Below are positions 1 through 13,180 of a stretch of DNA of 64,000 bases, in pieces. Under the pieces are notes generated by a model. The model did no database searches and was not told where the DNA came from. It saw only the letters and a list, made by a program, of their open reading frames with translations. The translations under genes and the position numbers were made by a program. The DNA is from Lama glama (taxonomy: Eukaryota), in NCBI GenBank assembly GCA_028534125.1, contig CM052816.1, positions 95,172,001-95,236,000 of the forward strand, read 5' to 3'. How positions within the stretch are numbered: the first letter of the stretch is position 1; each line of letters opens with the position of its first letter.

Positions 1-399
1 GCAGAATGAGGAAATAATCTCAATTATCAAGTCTCGAGATCCAGAATCAGACCACAGATTTGAACTGGGAGGGCCCCCTGAGGTGTGCTCACCCCAGGAG
101 GACCTGGTGCAGCCCTGGGGCTTTGAGCAGAGCGGGGGTCCAGGTGTGGCCGGAAACTGCGTGTCTCAACAACCCTGGCCCTTCCTTAGCCCTTGGTGTC
201 ACCTCCGGATGCTACTGTTGGTACTCATGTATCCATCTCCATTGAGGACAGAATGAGGATCTTGCTCACTTAATGCCACCTGGTAGAGATTCATCCTCGG
301 TACATTAATGCTGGTGAATAGAAATGCTAAAGATGCAAAAAACATGGAGCAGAACTGCCGCCCAGGGCTCCCCCATTGTTACTAACGTCGCTGTCACCT

Positions 400-853
400 G
401 CACAAGTCTCCTACTGCTGCCACAGCAGAACACCACTCATGGGGTGGCTTAAAACAAGGGAGATGTGTTACCTCATGGCTCCAGAGTCTAGAGGTTCACA
501 GTGACGGTATCGGCAGGGCCATGCACCCTCGAGGGCCCAAGGTGATAGTCATTCTCTGCTTCTTCCTGCTTTTGGCAGCTGCGGGCAGTGCTCAGAGACC
601 TCTGGTTTCTTGCAACATAAATCCAGTCTCTGCTTCTGTTGTTACATGCTCGCCTTCCTGCGTATCTGTGTCCAAATCTCCTCTTCTTGTAAGGACAACA
701 GTCATTAGACTAGGGTCCACCCAGATCCAGCATGACCTCATCCTAATGAATTAAATCTGCAAGGACCCTCTTTCCAAATCAGTTCATATGAAGAGATATT
801 AGGGCTTAGGACTTGAGCATATCTTCTTGGGGGACACTCTTCAACCCAGGACA
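400..853 (-). mobile_element. MaLR solo LTR (MLT1-like)
   Basis: MLT1-type motifs ggtggcttaaaacaa...catgacctcatc...ctgcaaggaccctctttccaaat...gggggacactcttcaaccca. Confidence 0.75.
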
Positions 854-1184
854 TCAACCAGATACTGAAAATTCAGAAACCTCACTCCCAGGTCACACCA
901 TTTGAATGGCTGTTCATATGGTAAATTGCTTTTCTGAGTAAACTTTACCGTGACAGCACTTCACCCACCGCAGATTTTATAACAGTGCTGCTGACCACGG
1001 AGCGGTGAAAACCTGTGTGCAGTGGGGCAGGGAGGAGAGTGAGGCAGAGGTGTGAAGAGATGGGTGTCTGCGGGCTGCAGGGGGCCGTCCACCCTCCGGT
1101 TCCAGGAGGTCCCAATTGCGCTTATCCTCAGGTCCGAGTCAAGTGTTTCTAGAGCCCACATCTTGTCTTCTGTAAGACTGCTCC

Positions 1185-1260
1185 ATGGGCAGTGGTCATC
1201 CCATTTTACAGAGGGGAAGACTGAAGCTCGGTGCCCAGGGACAAAAGTCACTGTTAGCAA
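1185..1260 (-). mobile_element. MIR fragment
   Basis: MIR core-like cccattttacagaggggaagactgaagctc. Confidence 0.55.
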
Positions 1261-1267
1261 AGGTTCG

Positions 1268-2035
1268 TCCAGGGAAGATGTACAAGTGGCCAATAAGCAC
1301 CTGAGAAGATGCTTGATATCACACATCCCCAGAGACATGCCAATCAAAATCCCAGTGAGATACCACTTCACACCCACAAAGGCAACTAGAATCAAAAAGT
1401 CAAATAATAAGCAGCGTTGATGGGCACGGGGAGAAATCCAAACCCTCAGACAGTGCCTCATGCAGAGAATGTAAAATGGGGCAGCCACTGGGGAAACAGT
1501 TTGGTCGCTCCTCAAACAATTAAACAGAGAGTTCTCACATGACCCAGAACATCTATTCCTAGCCATCTACTTGAAAGAAATGAAAGCATGTCTATACAAA
1601 AACTTGTACACAGATGTTTAGGGCAGCATTATACTTGATAGCCAAAAAGTAGAAACAACCCAAAGATGTCCATCCATCAAAGAAAGAATAAACAAAATAC
1701 ATATGCACACACAAAATGTGATACAATGGGATATTATTTGGCCATTAAAAGGAATGCAGCACTAATATATAGTACAACACGAATGAACCTGGAAAACATG
1801 CTCAGCGAATTAAGCCAGCCATGAAAAGACCACATATTATATGATTCCATTTATATGAAATGTCCAGAATAGGGAAATATCTAGAGGCAATGGCTATTCA
1901 GGACTGGTGGGGGGGCAGGGAGGGTGGGGGGTGACAGCTAAAGGAAAGAGGGTATCTTTTTGAGATGATGGAATGTTCTAAAATCAACTGAGAGGATGCT
2001 CACACTAGACCCGTGGAATGGTTCACTTTAAATGG
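1268..2035 (+). mobile_element. L1 (L1MB-like) 3' fragment
   Basis: End of ORF2 (..gagataccacttcacacccac.., MRYHFTP-like) followed by L1 3' UTR motifs (atgaacctggaaaacat, atgattccatttatatgaaatgtccagaatagg). Confidence 0.85.
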
Positions 2036-3389
2036 GAGCCACACAAAAGGCACCGGCTGGAGCAGTTTCACCAGTAACTGTAAGGTGGTGAGGGGGCACT
2101 TGAGGAAGGTTGTGGGGTGGTGGACATCGCACGGGGGCAAGCTCCCACCTGCTCAGTTCAAACCTCGACCTTGCTAGAGCCAGAAGTTCCTTAATTAGCG
2201 TCTCTGGACCTAAGTTCCCCACCTGTCTAATTGGGCCATCACGTAAGTTTTGTAAGGATGAAAAGAAATTGTGGGCATTACTCTCCTGGTTAATGTAATA
2301 TCAGTATCAACAGAACAGGGCTTCCAACCTGGACAGCATGCTGGGAGGGTGCAGAGATATTTGGCTGGCAGGGAGAGAAGATTCCAGAAAGGGATGGTTG
2401 GTGCAATGCCAATCTAGACTGTGTGCAGGAGCAACAGCGAGGAAGCAGAGAGGAGGCAGGAGGCCTGGTTAGTGGGCAGTGTACAGGGATGGGCATCCTG
2501 AGGACCCAAAAGACCCCTAGAGACCACATGGGACCCAGAGGTCAAGGCTGGCTTTTGCCCCTGGCTCCTGCAAAAACTTGTACACGAATGTTTGGACTCA
2601 AGTGACCCCAGTACAAAGCCTAGCCCTTGAATGTTTTCAGCAGGAAATCCCTTCATAACTTACAAGTGTTATCGGATGGATTCCAGCCTCATGAGCTTGT
2701 GGAGAGGAACACATCGTCTTCCTGTGCCTCTACCTCATCCAGCTGCTGCCCCTAGAGCCCTGAGCCCTGTGTCGTTCCCCCCCCCCGCCCCCATCGCCTG
2801 AGAAGCAGACACCTTCTGGCCAAACCCCTGCAGTGTCACATGTGAGGCCCTCCACTGCCCTGGCCAGACCTGGGGAGACCAGTCCCTTTTCAGAACGTCC
2901 CCTCCTGGTGGGATGAGAAGCCCTGAGACCTTTCTTCCCTGTGTCCAGGGAGAAAGACAGAGGCTGAATTAGAACTTGTGCTGGTCCCCAGGCCCACGCT
3001 TGTAGCATCAATGCCTGTCCGTTTCTGGGGACCGCCCTAGCTCCACTCCTCAAACCAGTCAGCCCCAGTGAAGCTACGCCGGCCGGCAGCGCAGCCCAGG
3101 AGTAAGTGTGGCCCTCAAAGTCCACGTCCCACCTGGTACCTGCAGGACTTGGGCAGCTGGACTTTGCTCTCTGGGCTCAGCTTCCTCACCACCAAGAGGA
3201 CCCCTTGGGAACCTCCCCGATGGGGCTGTGTGGGCACTCAGGCGATGTTAATTTGTCATCATTACTGAGGTTGCTGTTAATTTATGATTCAGGTCCAGAA
3301 ACACCATGAGATTCCACCCAATTAAGGCAAATGCCAGGAGGAGGCTGAGGAGCGGGTGCAGAGAAAACCAGGCGCTGAGAGGAGCTTTT

Positions 3390-3620
3390 TGGGCACGCTT
3401 GTAGGTTACGCTCGCCAACGCTGCCTCAAGTGTGCGCAAGCGCACGCCGGCCGGGAAAAGCCTGCGCCCGAACTTGGTCTCGGTTGTTCCACAAGTTGGG
3501 TGCGGACGCTGTGAGCGCATGTGTGCATGGGAGCAAAGCTGCTGGTGTGACAGGCCCACGTGACGCGGGGGGCACCGCCTGGCCCCGATAGGCACCGGGC
3601 TCCGGCACCTGCAGGAAGGG
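3390..3620. promoter_or_regulatory. Small CpG-rich candidate promoter or enhancer
   Basis: Local CpG cluster with an NRF1-like TGCGCAAGCGCA (3433-3444) and an E-box CACGTGAC (3557-3564) overlapping a half-CRE TGACG. Confidence 0.4.
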
Positions 3621-4020
3621 CAGGGTTGGGGGAAGGGGCTGGGGAGAAGAGAATTACTGCCAGACCCAGCGTGTTTTTAATTAATGAATTATTTTTAAAA
3701 CGTCTATCTCCTGCCTCGGCAGCCTGTGATGTTCTTCTGCTGTTCTGAGGCTTTTTTCTAACTTCACAGCTGCCGTGCTGGTTAAATGCTTCTTTTCACA
3801 AACCCCAAAGTCAACTTTTTTCCCCCAAGACTTGGCAACCTGCTGGCCTCTGTAGCATAAAGACAAAAAAAAAAAAAAAACACAAAACAAAAAAACCCAA
3901 GCATTTCCTAACCCTCCCAGGAGGCGTCTACAACCATATGTTCCAGAAGAATGGAGTGGGGATGAGTGGGTGGTGGTGGTGAACCATGAAATTTGGAATT
4001 CTTGAAATATCCTTAGTACT

Positions 4021-4537
4021 TGTATTAACTGGGGTTCTCAGAGAAAAAGAACCAGCAGGAGAAAGATGATGGATAGCTAGTTAGCTGGACAAATAGATAG
4101 ATAACATGGATATAAAGAAATACGTAGCCAATAGATTAAATAGATAGATAGAGAGATAGATAGACAGATAGATAGAGATATTTGCTTTAAATTCCTTAAA
4201 CAAACAGAAATTCCTGGCCCAGTGATTATGGAGGTTGGCAAGTCCAAAATCTTCAGGTGGCCCAGCAGGCTGGAGAGCCACAGAAGAGCCCACACAGGTC
4301 AAGTCTAATAAGCTGCCCGCTGGCAGAATTCTGTCTTCTTTTGCGTTCTCTTCAGGCCTTCAACTGATTGAATGAGGCCCACCCATGTTACAGAAGATAG
4401 TCCGCTTCACTCAAATTCCACTGATTTACATGTAAATCTCAATCAGAAACACCCTCACAGAAACATCCAGAATAATGTTTGACCAAATATCTAAGCACCA
4501 TGGCCCAGCCAACTTGACACATAAAATGGACCATCTC
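4021..4537 (-). mobile_element. ERVL solo LTR (MLT2-like) with internal (GATA)n
   Basis: MLT2 motifs gggttctcagaga..aacca, aggccttcaactgattgaatgaggcccaccc, cagaataatgtttgaccaaatatct, aacttgacacataaaat. Confidence 0.8.
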
Positions 4538-5081
4538 GAGAGTTTGTTGAAGTTCACTTTTCTTGGGATCCTCGGAGCATCTTGGATCTGTTTTCACTAC
4601 GACCACGTTGAAGCATCTGCACGCCTTCACAACATTCTGTCTAACATTTAACTTGCTCTTCCAAACAGACATCCTGAAATTCAATTAAGGGCAGGCATGA
4701 CAAGAGAAAATAATTTTTCCCTCATCCTCCCCTTTAATCCTAAACATTATTATAAGTCCAACTGCCATGCTTTCAAAAAAAAAATCCAATTTGTCAACTG
4801 GAAAGGACCCAACATGATCTGGTATAATGAACCGATATAATCTGGAGGATTTGGGACTCTACCCAGGAGCCCTGAATGAGGTTTTTTTTTAAATCACATT
4901 TCAGCATTGTCATTCTGTGCTGCCGTGGGTCACCTAAAAGAAAGAGTTTGACACTTGGTAGCACAGGGCTCAGCTTCTGCACAAGTTCCCAGAAACCTGT
5001 TTGTGTCGTTCTTTAAATAGAGATGCATTGAGAGCATGAAATGTGCCTAGAGCATCAGTAACGATCTTCATTATCTCTAGG

Positions 5082-5300
5082 GCCGTGGTTTTCACTGGGG
5101 GCAACGGTAGCTCCGGAGAACGCTGGGCAATGTCTGAAGATGGCTTTGGTTATCACAACCGAGGATTACAGAGGAAGCGGGGGACACTAGTGAGCAGAGG
5201 CCAGGGATGCTGATAAAAACCCCATCATGCACAGGACGGCCCCACAACAAAGAATTATCCAGACCAAAACGTCAGCAGTACCGAAGCTGAGGGACCTTCA
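5082..5300 (+). mobile_element. MER20 (hAT-Charlie) DNA transposon
   Basis: MER20 motifs ggcaatgtctgaaga, gaggccagggatgctg, atgcacaggacggccccacaacaaagaattatcc. Confidence 0.8.
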
Positions 5301-5704
5301 TGGTCCTGGCCTTACAGTAATGCAATGAAACAATTAAAGGCAAATTTCCCTCATCTTGGAATCTTGAAAAAAGAATTATATGTATGTCAGTGACAAGGGC
5401 ACGTTCAGTAGAAGCAGCTACAGTAGCTCAAGCTTGTGTGTGCTTTTCAGTCCCTGGAGCAGAAAAGAGCAAATTGCTACGATGCAGATTTGCTCCCGGA
5501 TACAATGGAAAATTTTAGATAAAGCAAGCCTTTTCCTTCAGGGAGAGCGTGCAACGCTCTGCGGCTTAAGGGTTGTTTTCTCAGTCACCGATACAAAGAA
5601 GTGCCAAGATAAACGCCCCTCGTGGCTTCTGCAGCAAACTCACCTAGGACGGGTGGGACGGCACGGGCTTTTGGCTCAGCTACTTAAATATTCTCCAAAG
5701 ATCT

Positions 5705-5808
5705 GGTGGGTGGACAGAGCTCGATGGTAGAGCGCATACTCAGCGTGCATGAGGTCCTGGGTTCATTCTCCAGTTCCTCCATTAAAAAAAAAGAAAAAGA
5801 AAAAGAAG
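5705..5808 (+). mobile_element. tRNA-Ala-derived SINE (Vic-1-like), short form
   Basis: agctcgatggtagagcgcatactcagcgtgcatgaggtcctgggttc...cctcca followed by an A-rich tail; AAGATCT occurs on both sides (TSD-like). Confidence 0.75.
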
Positions 5809-7434
5809 AAGATCTAGAAACTTCTCTCCAAACGATTGCAGCCCGTTTTCCCAAATGGACCATGTGTCTCAAGCTGATTAACCTCAGAGTCATCAGTACA
5901 CGTGACTGGAACAGGATGAGTCTTGACCCATCCGAAAGTGCTGCTTTCAGGAGTAGAGGGAAACGTGAGCGATTCTGCAGGGGAGCAGCTAAGCCTGATG
6001 TAGGGGGAGGGGGAACTCGTGTAGGTAACGATCGCCTTCAGCCCGGGACTTAGCCTAGTCCTGTATCGCGGTCTCCTAGCTTAGCCCCCACCCCGCAGCC
6101 CCTGCACAAATCCTTTCTTTATCTCAGAAAGACGAAGGCTACGGTGAATTCTTGGGGAATGTGGCCATTTCTTACCTCTGGAGCTTACCCATAACTCCGC
6201 ACTACTGAGATTGTAGACGTGGACTGCTGGCATCCTTTACATCTCTCGGGACTGAAAATGTTCCAAGACTTGGTTCTACTTTTAGCTGCAACGTGGACCC
6301 CTAGATTATGGCACAAGGTATATGTAAAATAAATTTCATCACAGAGATGGAACAACAGCTTGCAAAAGTCACGAGCTTTATCACACAATTCTCTATCTCG
6401 GGTACCGATGATGCTCCCACCTCTGTCCGTCAGTTGGCCAGAAACTTTCAGGTTCAGTCACTTCCAAAAAGCACTACTTGTCGGGGTACCGTCACTAGCA
6501 GCGGAGGCCACGTGTGGCTACAGAAGTCACTCAGTGTGAATAAGCAGCTCTTTCAGCTGAGTTAAGACTCATCCTGTTCCAGTCACCACAATGCACAAGC
6601 GTCAGATGTCTCAAAGCAGAACCAGGAAGGCTATGAGGGTGTTTGTAGCTCTTGAATCTTCTCAGTCTAGCTGCAATTTGGAAACCAGATCACTGTGGGT
6701 GGACACCCATCCTCACCTCATGGGACCGGAGTGAGAAGCGTACATCCTGAAAAGTGCCAGCTCTCAGCCAAGTACAAACTGGACCTACGAAGGTAGATTT
6801 CAGGAGCAGAAAGGATCTCTGAACAAAAACAACAGTAACCCAAAAAACAAAACAAAACATAAACAAAATCTAAGAAACAGTGCTTGGGGTAACCACAGTC
6901 AGATTTCCATAAAGTACAGTAAGGGCATCCCCTCAAATTACGTGTAATGTCAAGCCCTGTATCTTTAAAAGCCCTAAGATGGTGCTAAGCCCATCACTCC
7001 AGTTAACATAACTAAGAAATTCCTTCATATACTTATTGTTTGAGTTTCACAGCTAAAGGTTTTCCTGCCTTAATACTAATTTTTTTCAAGTTAATAGGTT
7101 ACGTTATTTAACAATTCCCATAGAGTCTCTTAATGTATCAAAAGCTTCCCCCCTCCAAAAAAGTTTTCCTTGGAAATGAGGGAAATACCAAGGTTATTAA
7201 TGTGCAGGCACAAAACTGCAGTGTCTAAGAAAGAGAAGTGGCATTAGGTCGATACACAGAGTATTTTCTTCAAGGACAATTGGGTAACCTGAACACAAGA
7301 CAGCAATGATAAACGGGTATTTGTTAATTAACACTTTGTTTAAACTATCTAAACTTAACCAGAGTTACTATTTTTCATGAATCACAAAAGCATCCAAGTA
7401 GAGAGATTACCTACAGGAAGAGATTTTGACCCTA

Positions 7435-7482
7435 AATCACCATCATCACCACCATCACCGCCACTGTCATCCTCCTCCTCAC
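7435..7482. repeat. (CAT/CAC/CCT)n trinucleotide low-complexity tract
   Basis: caccatcatcaccaccatcaccgccactgtcatcctcctcctc. Confidence 0.7.
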
Positions 7483-7660
7483 ACTTATTGAGCGCTTCCT
7501 AGGTACCAGGCACTTACAGCAAGTCTACTTGGTAGATGTTGATATTATTACTGTTACACAGATGAGGAAACTACGGCTTAGTATGATAAAATAACTTAGT
7601 TTACATAGCTAGTAGGTAGCAATGCTAAGATCAATCTGATGCCAAGTTCTATGCTTTTCA
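7483..7660 (-). mobile_element. MIR
   Basis: acttattgagcgcttcctaggtaccaggcact...cagatgaggaaact...acatagctagta. Confidence 0.7.
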
Positions 7661-7665
7661 CCACC

Positions 7666-8463
7666 AATTTTTTTTATTTTTTACTGAAGTATAGTTGATG
7701 CACAGTAATGTTATAGAAGTTATAGGTGTACAGTATAGTGACTCACAATTTTTATAGGTTATACCCCACTTACGGTTATTATAAAATATTGGTTATATTC
7801 CCCATGTTGTACAATACATCTTTGTGGCTTATTTTATACCTAATAGTTTGTACCTCTTAATCCCCTACCCATATATTGCTCCTCCCCGCTTCCCTCTCCC
7901 TATTGGTAACCACGTTTGTTCTCTGCATCTGTGAGTCTGCTTCTTTTGTGTTATATTCACTAGTATTTTTTAAGATTCAGCATATAAGTCATATCATACA
8001 GTATTTGTCTTTCTCAGTCTGACATATTTCATGCAGCATAACACCCTCCAAGTCCATCCATGTTGCTGCAAATGACAAAATTTCATTCTTTCTTATGGCT
8101 GAAGAGTATTCCATTACATATACCACAGTTTCTTTATCCAGTCATCTGTTGATGGACACTTAGATTGCCTCTACATCTTGGCAATTGTAAATAATACTGT
8201 TATGAGCATGCAGTGCATGTACCTTTTCAAATGAATGGGTTTTTTTTTTCAGATATATACTCAGGAGTAGGATTGCTGGGTCATATGGTAATTCTGTTTT
8301 TAGTTTTTGATAAACCTCCATACTAGTTTCCACAGTGGCTGCACCAATTTACATTCCCACCAACAGTGTACAGGGGTTCCCTTTTCTCCACATCCTCCCC
8401 AACACTTGTTATTTGTGTTCTTTTTGATGATGGCCATTCTGACTGGTGTGAGGTGATACCTCA
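7666..8463 (-). mobile_element. 5'-truncated L1 insertion with target-site duplication
   Basis: T-rich tail at 7668-7682, then the L1 3' UTR and ORF2 end in reverse (..ggctgcaccaatttacattcccaccaacagtgta..). TTCACCACC is duplicated at 7657-7665 and 8464-8472. Confidence 0.9.
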
Positions 8464-10209
8464 TTCACCACCTTCTTGAAAGACCAGAACACTCCACTGT
8501 CATTTCCACACTCAATTCATCCCGTACCCATCTAATTCTCACCCCCACCCTCTGACCACCCAGGGCTGTCTCTGGTGTCCTCTGTCTCCTCAGAGAAGAG
8601 GTCAGATGTCCCTCTGCTTACACGGCTCCTGTCAACCAGCAGACGTCATCCCAGGTGGGGCAGAGCCCCCAGAGCTGGAGGAACAGTCAAGTCCTCAGGC
8701 TGTCAAATGCTGGTTGGCACCTCAGAGATGTCTAAGTCTTGCTCTCAGGATGGGTAACCCTAGGAGACATTTGAAACCCATTCCTCTCGAAGGTCTTTAC
8801 TGGGCCAGATTACAAAAGGGGAGAAATCCTGAAGGACTAGATTGCACTTTCACTGCATGGAAACACAGTTCTAAGTTCTCCTCTCAGAAGGCCTGAGGAT
8901 GGACTCTTAGCCAGTCTTCATTTAGGCTCTGGGGAGAAATGTATCGTTTATCCTAGGGACTACCCTTCTTCCTTCTTCCATGGTTGGAAAGGTCTTGACC
9001 AAGCTGGTCTGGGACACGGTCCCGGGCACTGAGGACACCACAGCAGCTAAGCCAAGCACAGAGCATAGAGTCCACCAACCATGTTGGTAGTGCGGCCCTA
9101 GGGGCCAGGAGCTGAGGTCACCTCTCCACCTGTTTGGAGACTCTGCATGGTCCAAGGCCAGAACTGCGGCTCACACGGGGCCCAGGGCTCAAGGGCTTGG
9201 GCCTGATTCTTCCAGGGGGGATGTTAGAACTCGGAAGGCTTTTAAAACACACGTCTCTCCTCACCCCACTGCAGACCATAGTATGCTGATCTACCTTCCA
9301 TTGAGAATCACTAGGGTTCTTGAGAGACATTCCTGATCAACTGGAGGGCATGGAGGCAGAGAAGAGATGGAGAATCTCTGAGGACTGTCAATCAAGGCAA
9401 TGAACACAGAGTATGTGGTCAGAGTGGCCCCCAGCATCTCTCTGCCCAGGACTGGCAGGGGTGGGCAGCGTTCATACAGAGACCCATCTTCTGTAAGGAA
9501 ATGACTCACACTGCCAGCATCACAAAGAAAACATGTAACAGAGCCAGGGGCAGACCTTTGTCTGTCTGTCTCCAAAGACCTGTCCCCACACAGCTTAGAA
9601 TATGCATATTGTCATTCGGTTTAATTAAGCAAGCCAACCATCTTCTTCCCCATATGCTTTTCTGGGAGAAGAGCCAGGCTGGTCTAATAAAGCAGAGTAT
9701 TTTCCACATTGCTGTTTCTACCAAGCTGACTTAACTGGTTTTCACTGTCGTATAACATCCTTCTAGTCAACACCAGCACCCTCATCAACAGGGTCTAATC
9801 AGTGTGTCCTGAGAGGCGCTTCGTAGCCGGGAAGCAGCTGGTGGCAGGTCAGTTCCTCGACTCCTGGGCAGGTGAAGTGGGGGTGTGGATGGTGGGCTGC
9901 CCCAGGGTGTTTCGAGCTTCCTTCAGGTCCTGCTCATCTACAGAGCCTGGGCCCCCGGAGTGACCGCCAGAGACGCACACAGAGAGCAGCATAGACGGCA
10001 GCACAGCCCAGACAGGGGGAGGGGAGCTCTGAAGCCTTCTAACCTTGAGGGACTGGGAAGGCACAGGGGGCAGGGGGATGGGGATGGTAACGACAGGACA
10101 CCAGTGGTCATCGAGGTGGGAGGGCTGATGCCTGAGTGTCGGGGAGAGGGCAGAGTTTGGGTGGATGCACTCCCAGGCTCCCGGCATCTCTGACTCAGTA
10201 GTCTGGTGG

Positions 10210-10671
10210 TGATGCAGGTTGAGTTGTGTCCCCCGAAAGGAGTTGCTGAAGTCCTGACTTCGGGTACCTTTAACATGGCCTTATTCAGAAATAGGGTCTT
10301 TGCACATGAAATTCAGTTAACACAAGGCCGTGCTGAATTCGGGTGGGTGCTAATGCAATGACCGGTGACCTTATAAACGGAGGGAAATATGGACACAGAC
10401 GCACAAGAGGAGGCGGGCCGTGTGGTAGTGGAGGCAGGTGGGCGAACGGAGGCTGCCACAAGTTAAGGAACACCGAGGACCACTGGCCACCGCCAGCTGC
10501 TGTAGGAGTCAGGGACTGGTCCTCCCCTGGAGCTTCCAGAGGGAGCTTGGCCCTGCTGACACCATGATTTCGAACTTCTGGCCTCCCCATCTGCGAGGCA
10601 ATACATTTCTCTCCCTTGAAGCCATCCAAGTTTGTGGTAATTTGTTCTAGCGATCACAGGACACTAATACA
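10210..10671 (+). mobile_element. MaLR solo LTR (MLT1C/D-like) inserted into a MER5A-like element
   Basis: ggttgagttgtgtcccc...aatagggtctttgca...gtttgtggtaatttgtt...ctaataca. The flanks 10165-10209 and 10672-10760 together read as MER5A-like sequence. Confidence 0.8.
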
Positions 10672-12319
10672 GGTATGACCCGGGAAGGTGTATTTCTGAC
10701 AGTTTTCCAAGCGCTGCTGCTGCTGGTCCTGGGGAGTGGCCCTTTGGGCATCACTGCTTTATGCAACTGCAGAGGTCCGTCTGCTGACTTGAGGAGAACA
10801 TGAGGGTTGCCCAGATATCTTAAGGGCCCCCTGGCCTGAGTCCAGGACCAGAAGTGTGTTGAGTTAGAGAAACAGCAGTGGGAGGGAAGGAGAGTGATTG
10901 CTTCTCAGCCCCCCAAACTGTGACCTCTCACCCCACAGAAGGCATCATGCACTTCAACCAAGGGCTGCCCCTTCCAGTGGGGTTTGGTCAGGGAGGACAT
11001 CACGTCCGCATCTTTCAGTGACCACTCAGGTTGGAAGGTAACAGCTGGTCATCCCACCCCCAGGGACAGGGGTGAAGTGGCCCTGGGATGGCTCAGGGCT
11101 CCCAGCCAAGGGACTCCTTTGCCCAGGGAGTGAGGACCTTTTGCAACCCTTTCCACTCTCAGGTGACAGCTTCCCCACCACAGTCCATGTCCCCGAGCCC
11201 TCCTGTCTCTGGTGGCCCAGAGAGGGGCTTTTCTGGTCTAGCTTCTCAGGTAGGCTCCTGGCACTAATAAAGCCACTTTTTCCAGTAAGAGCTCATGAAA
11301 AGTTGACATCATATTCTTGCTGCTCCCTGATTCCTTGATTTTGTGTTTCGAATAATGCTTTTGAAATAGCAAGGTGGATTTGGGTGTGCTTGATATACTT
11401 AAATTTTTTAATCCAGAAAAATGTGTTAACATTTTGTTAGGTTTTTGCTGTTTTTTTAAGTGAGCACAGTAGTGAGCTCAGACAGGCCGACCGGGAGATG
11501 CGGGATGGGCAGAGGTGGCCGCCCCATGCCTGTGATCGGTCAGCCTGCTGCAGGGACAGTCTGCCCGCCCTGGGACTGGGACCTCTGGGTCGAGCTGACT
11601 ACTGACCTGAGCAATCTGCACATCAAAGGTTGTTCTGTCAGCCGACCTGGGATTTCCAGCCGCCTTTTATGTCCCTAGCTGGAACCCAGTCCGGTCAGTG
11701 GTCAGCATCAAGGAAAGCAGCAAGAGTGACCTGCTGGGAGCCAGTGACCATGTGAAGGGCCTTTGTGAGGGGCAACCAGGGCTGCACACAGAAGCCTCGA
11801 GGTTTCAGGGGTGACGACATTCTTGACCACACGGCTGCCCAGTGCAGAGGCCGCGGACAGCTGAGCATCCGGGGAACGCGCTGCCTGAGGACCATCACCT
11901 TAGACCCTCATGGAGCGAGAAGCAGGGTCAGTCAGGAGAATAAAGGCAGCAAAACCACTTGCCTCCCTTTTCCTGTCAGTCCTCTGCTAGCTTAATAAGG
12001 ACTGCCCCTTGTATGTTACCTTCCCGCCATCTGCTCCTTCACAAACCACAAATACAAATAACCTCCAATAAGACTCTTGGCCCAGAACAAAGCTTTATCT
12101 AAAACTGGGCTTCCTATTTATGTCCTTCCTTAATAATTATGATTTTGGGGTGAGTAGAATTTAATGAGGATTATGGTTTTTAATGCGTTAGACTTTAGAT
12201 TTCCCAAAGGCAGAGTAGAAGTTCCCAAATAAATAGGAGCTGCTTGGTTTTGGGTCCCATCAAAAATAGCCTAAGTGATGAATTGGGTACGAATGTCTTT
12301 TTTTGAGCTAAAAAGAAAA

Positions 12320-13180
12320 GTACCCACAAATCATTAGATGAAACTGTAGAAGAAAAACGTTGCTGGTTTGGGGTAGGAAAAGCTTTCTTCATTAAAAAAA
12401 AATGCAAATATGAAGTAAGAAGTTTGGCAAGTTTGACTAAATGATAATTTAAAGCTTTTATACCAGATACCTCAAAGATTAGTGATACAACGTGAGGAAA
12501 AGAGACACAGCGTGTGTCAAAGACCTGTGACCTGAAATGCATAGCAAACTCCTACAAACCAGCAAAAAAAGACACCAAAAAGTAAAATCCTTTAAAAATG
12601 AGAAACAAATAAAAATAAATTTTAAAACAGGAAATAAAAACTCAAGTGAGATTCCACTTTTAACCGGCAGGTTGGCCAACATTAGGCTGTCTGACAAACA
12701 GCAGGTTGTTCTGTTGGCCGACCTGGGACTTCCAGCTGCCTTTCATGTCCCTGGCTGGAACCGTGGCTGCAAACCTGTTGCTGCAGGCAGGAAGTCGCCT
12801 TTTTTGTCCACTGCCAGCGGGAAATACTCAGCAGCCTTTGAAAAGGGCAACACAGCAGTGACTACTGAAATTAAAACGCATCTTCCCTTCCATCCAGCAA
12901 GTCCCACCTCTACACGCCTGTCTTGGGGAAGCATTCACTAGTGTATACGCATGTATACAATTGGGTAAGTTCAAGTGGTAACTTGCAAGTGGTAAGAACT
13001 GGAAACAGTGTTAACAGTCCATCGGGAGGAGATGCTTTAATGAACCAGGGTGCAGCTCTCCAGAGAAACGCTGCACAGCAATCAACGAGAACAGAGGGTG
13101 AGACTGTAGACAACACCATCTCACCTGTGTACACACGAAGGGGAGAAGACATCTAAAGTACATTTCTAGAAAGACACAAA
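12320..13180 (+). mobile_element. Highly degenerate L1 (L1ME-like) remnant
   Basis: Decayed L1 3' motifs (ggtaggaaaagctttct, ctcctacaaaccagcaaaaaaagac, gtgagattccactttt, ctggaaacagtgttaacagtccatc). Confidence 0.55.

Noticed and set aside
961..1566. ORFs 961..1566(-) and 1052..1420(+) containing 'VRYHFTPTK'
   Set aside because: Remnant of the L1 ORF2 C-terminus and its antisense reading, not a host gene.
1908..1932. G-run clusters (also ~10066-10086 and ~22546-22563) that could form G-quadruplexes
   Set aside because: Common in GC-rich mammalian DNA; the first lies inside an L1 3' UTR, and nothing suggests a function.
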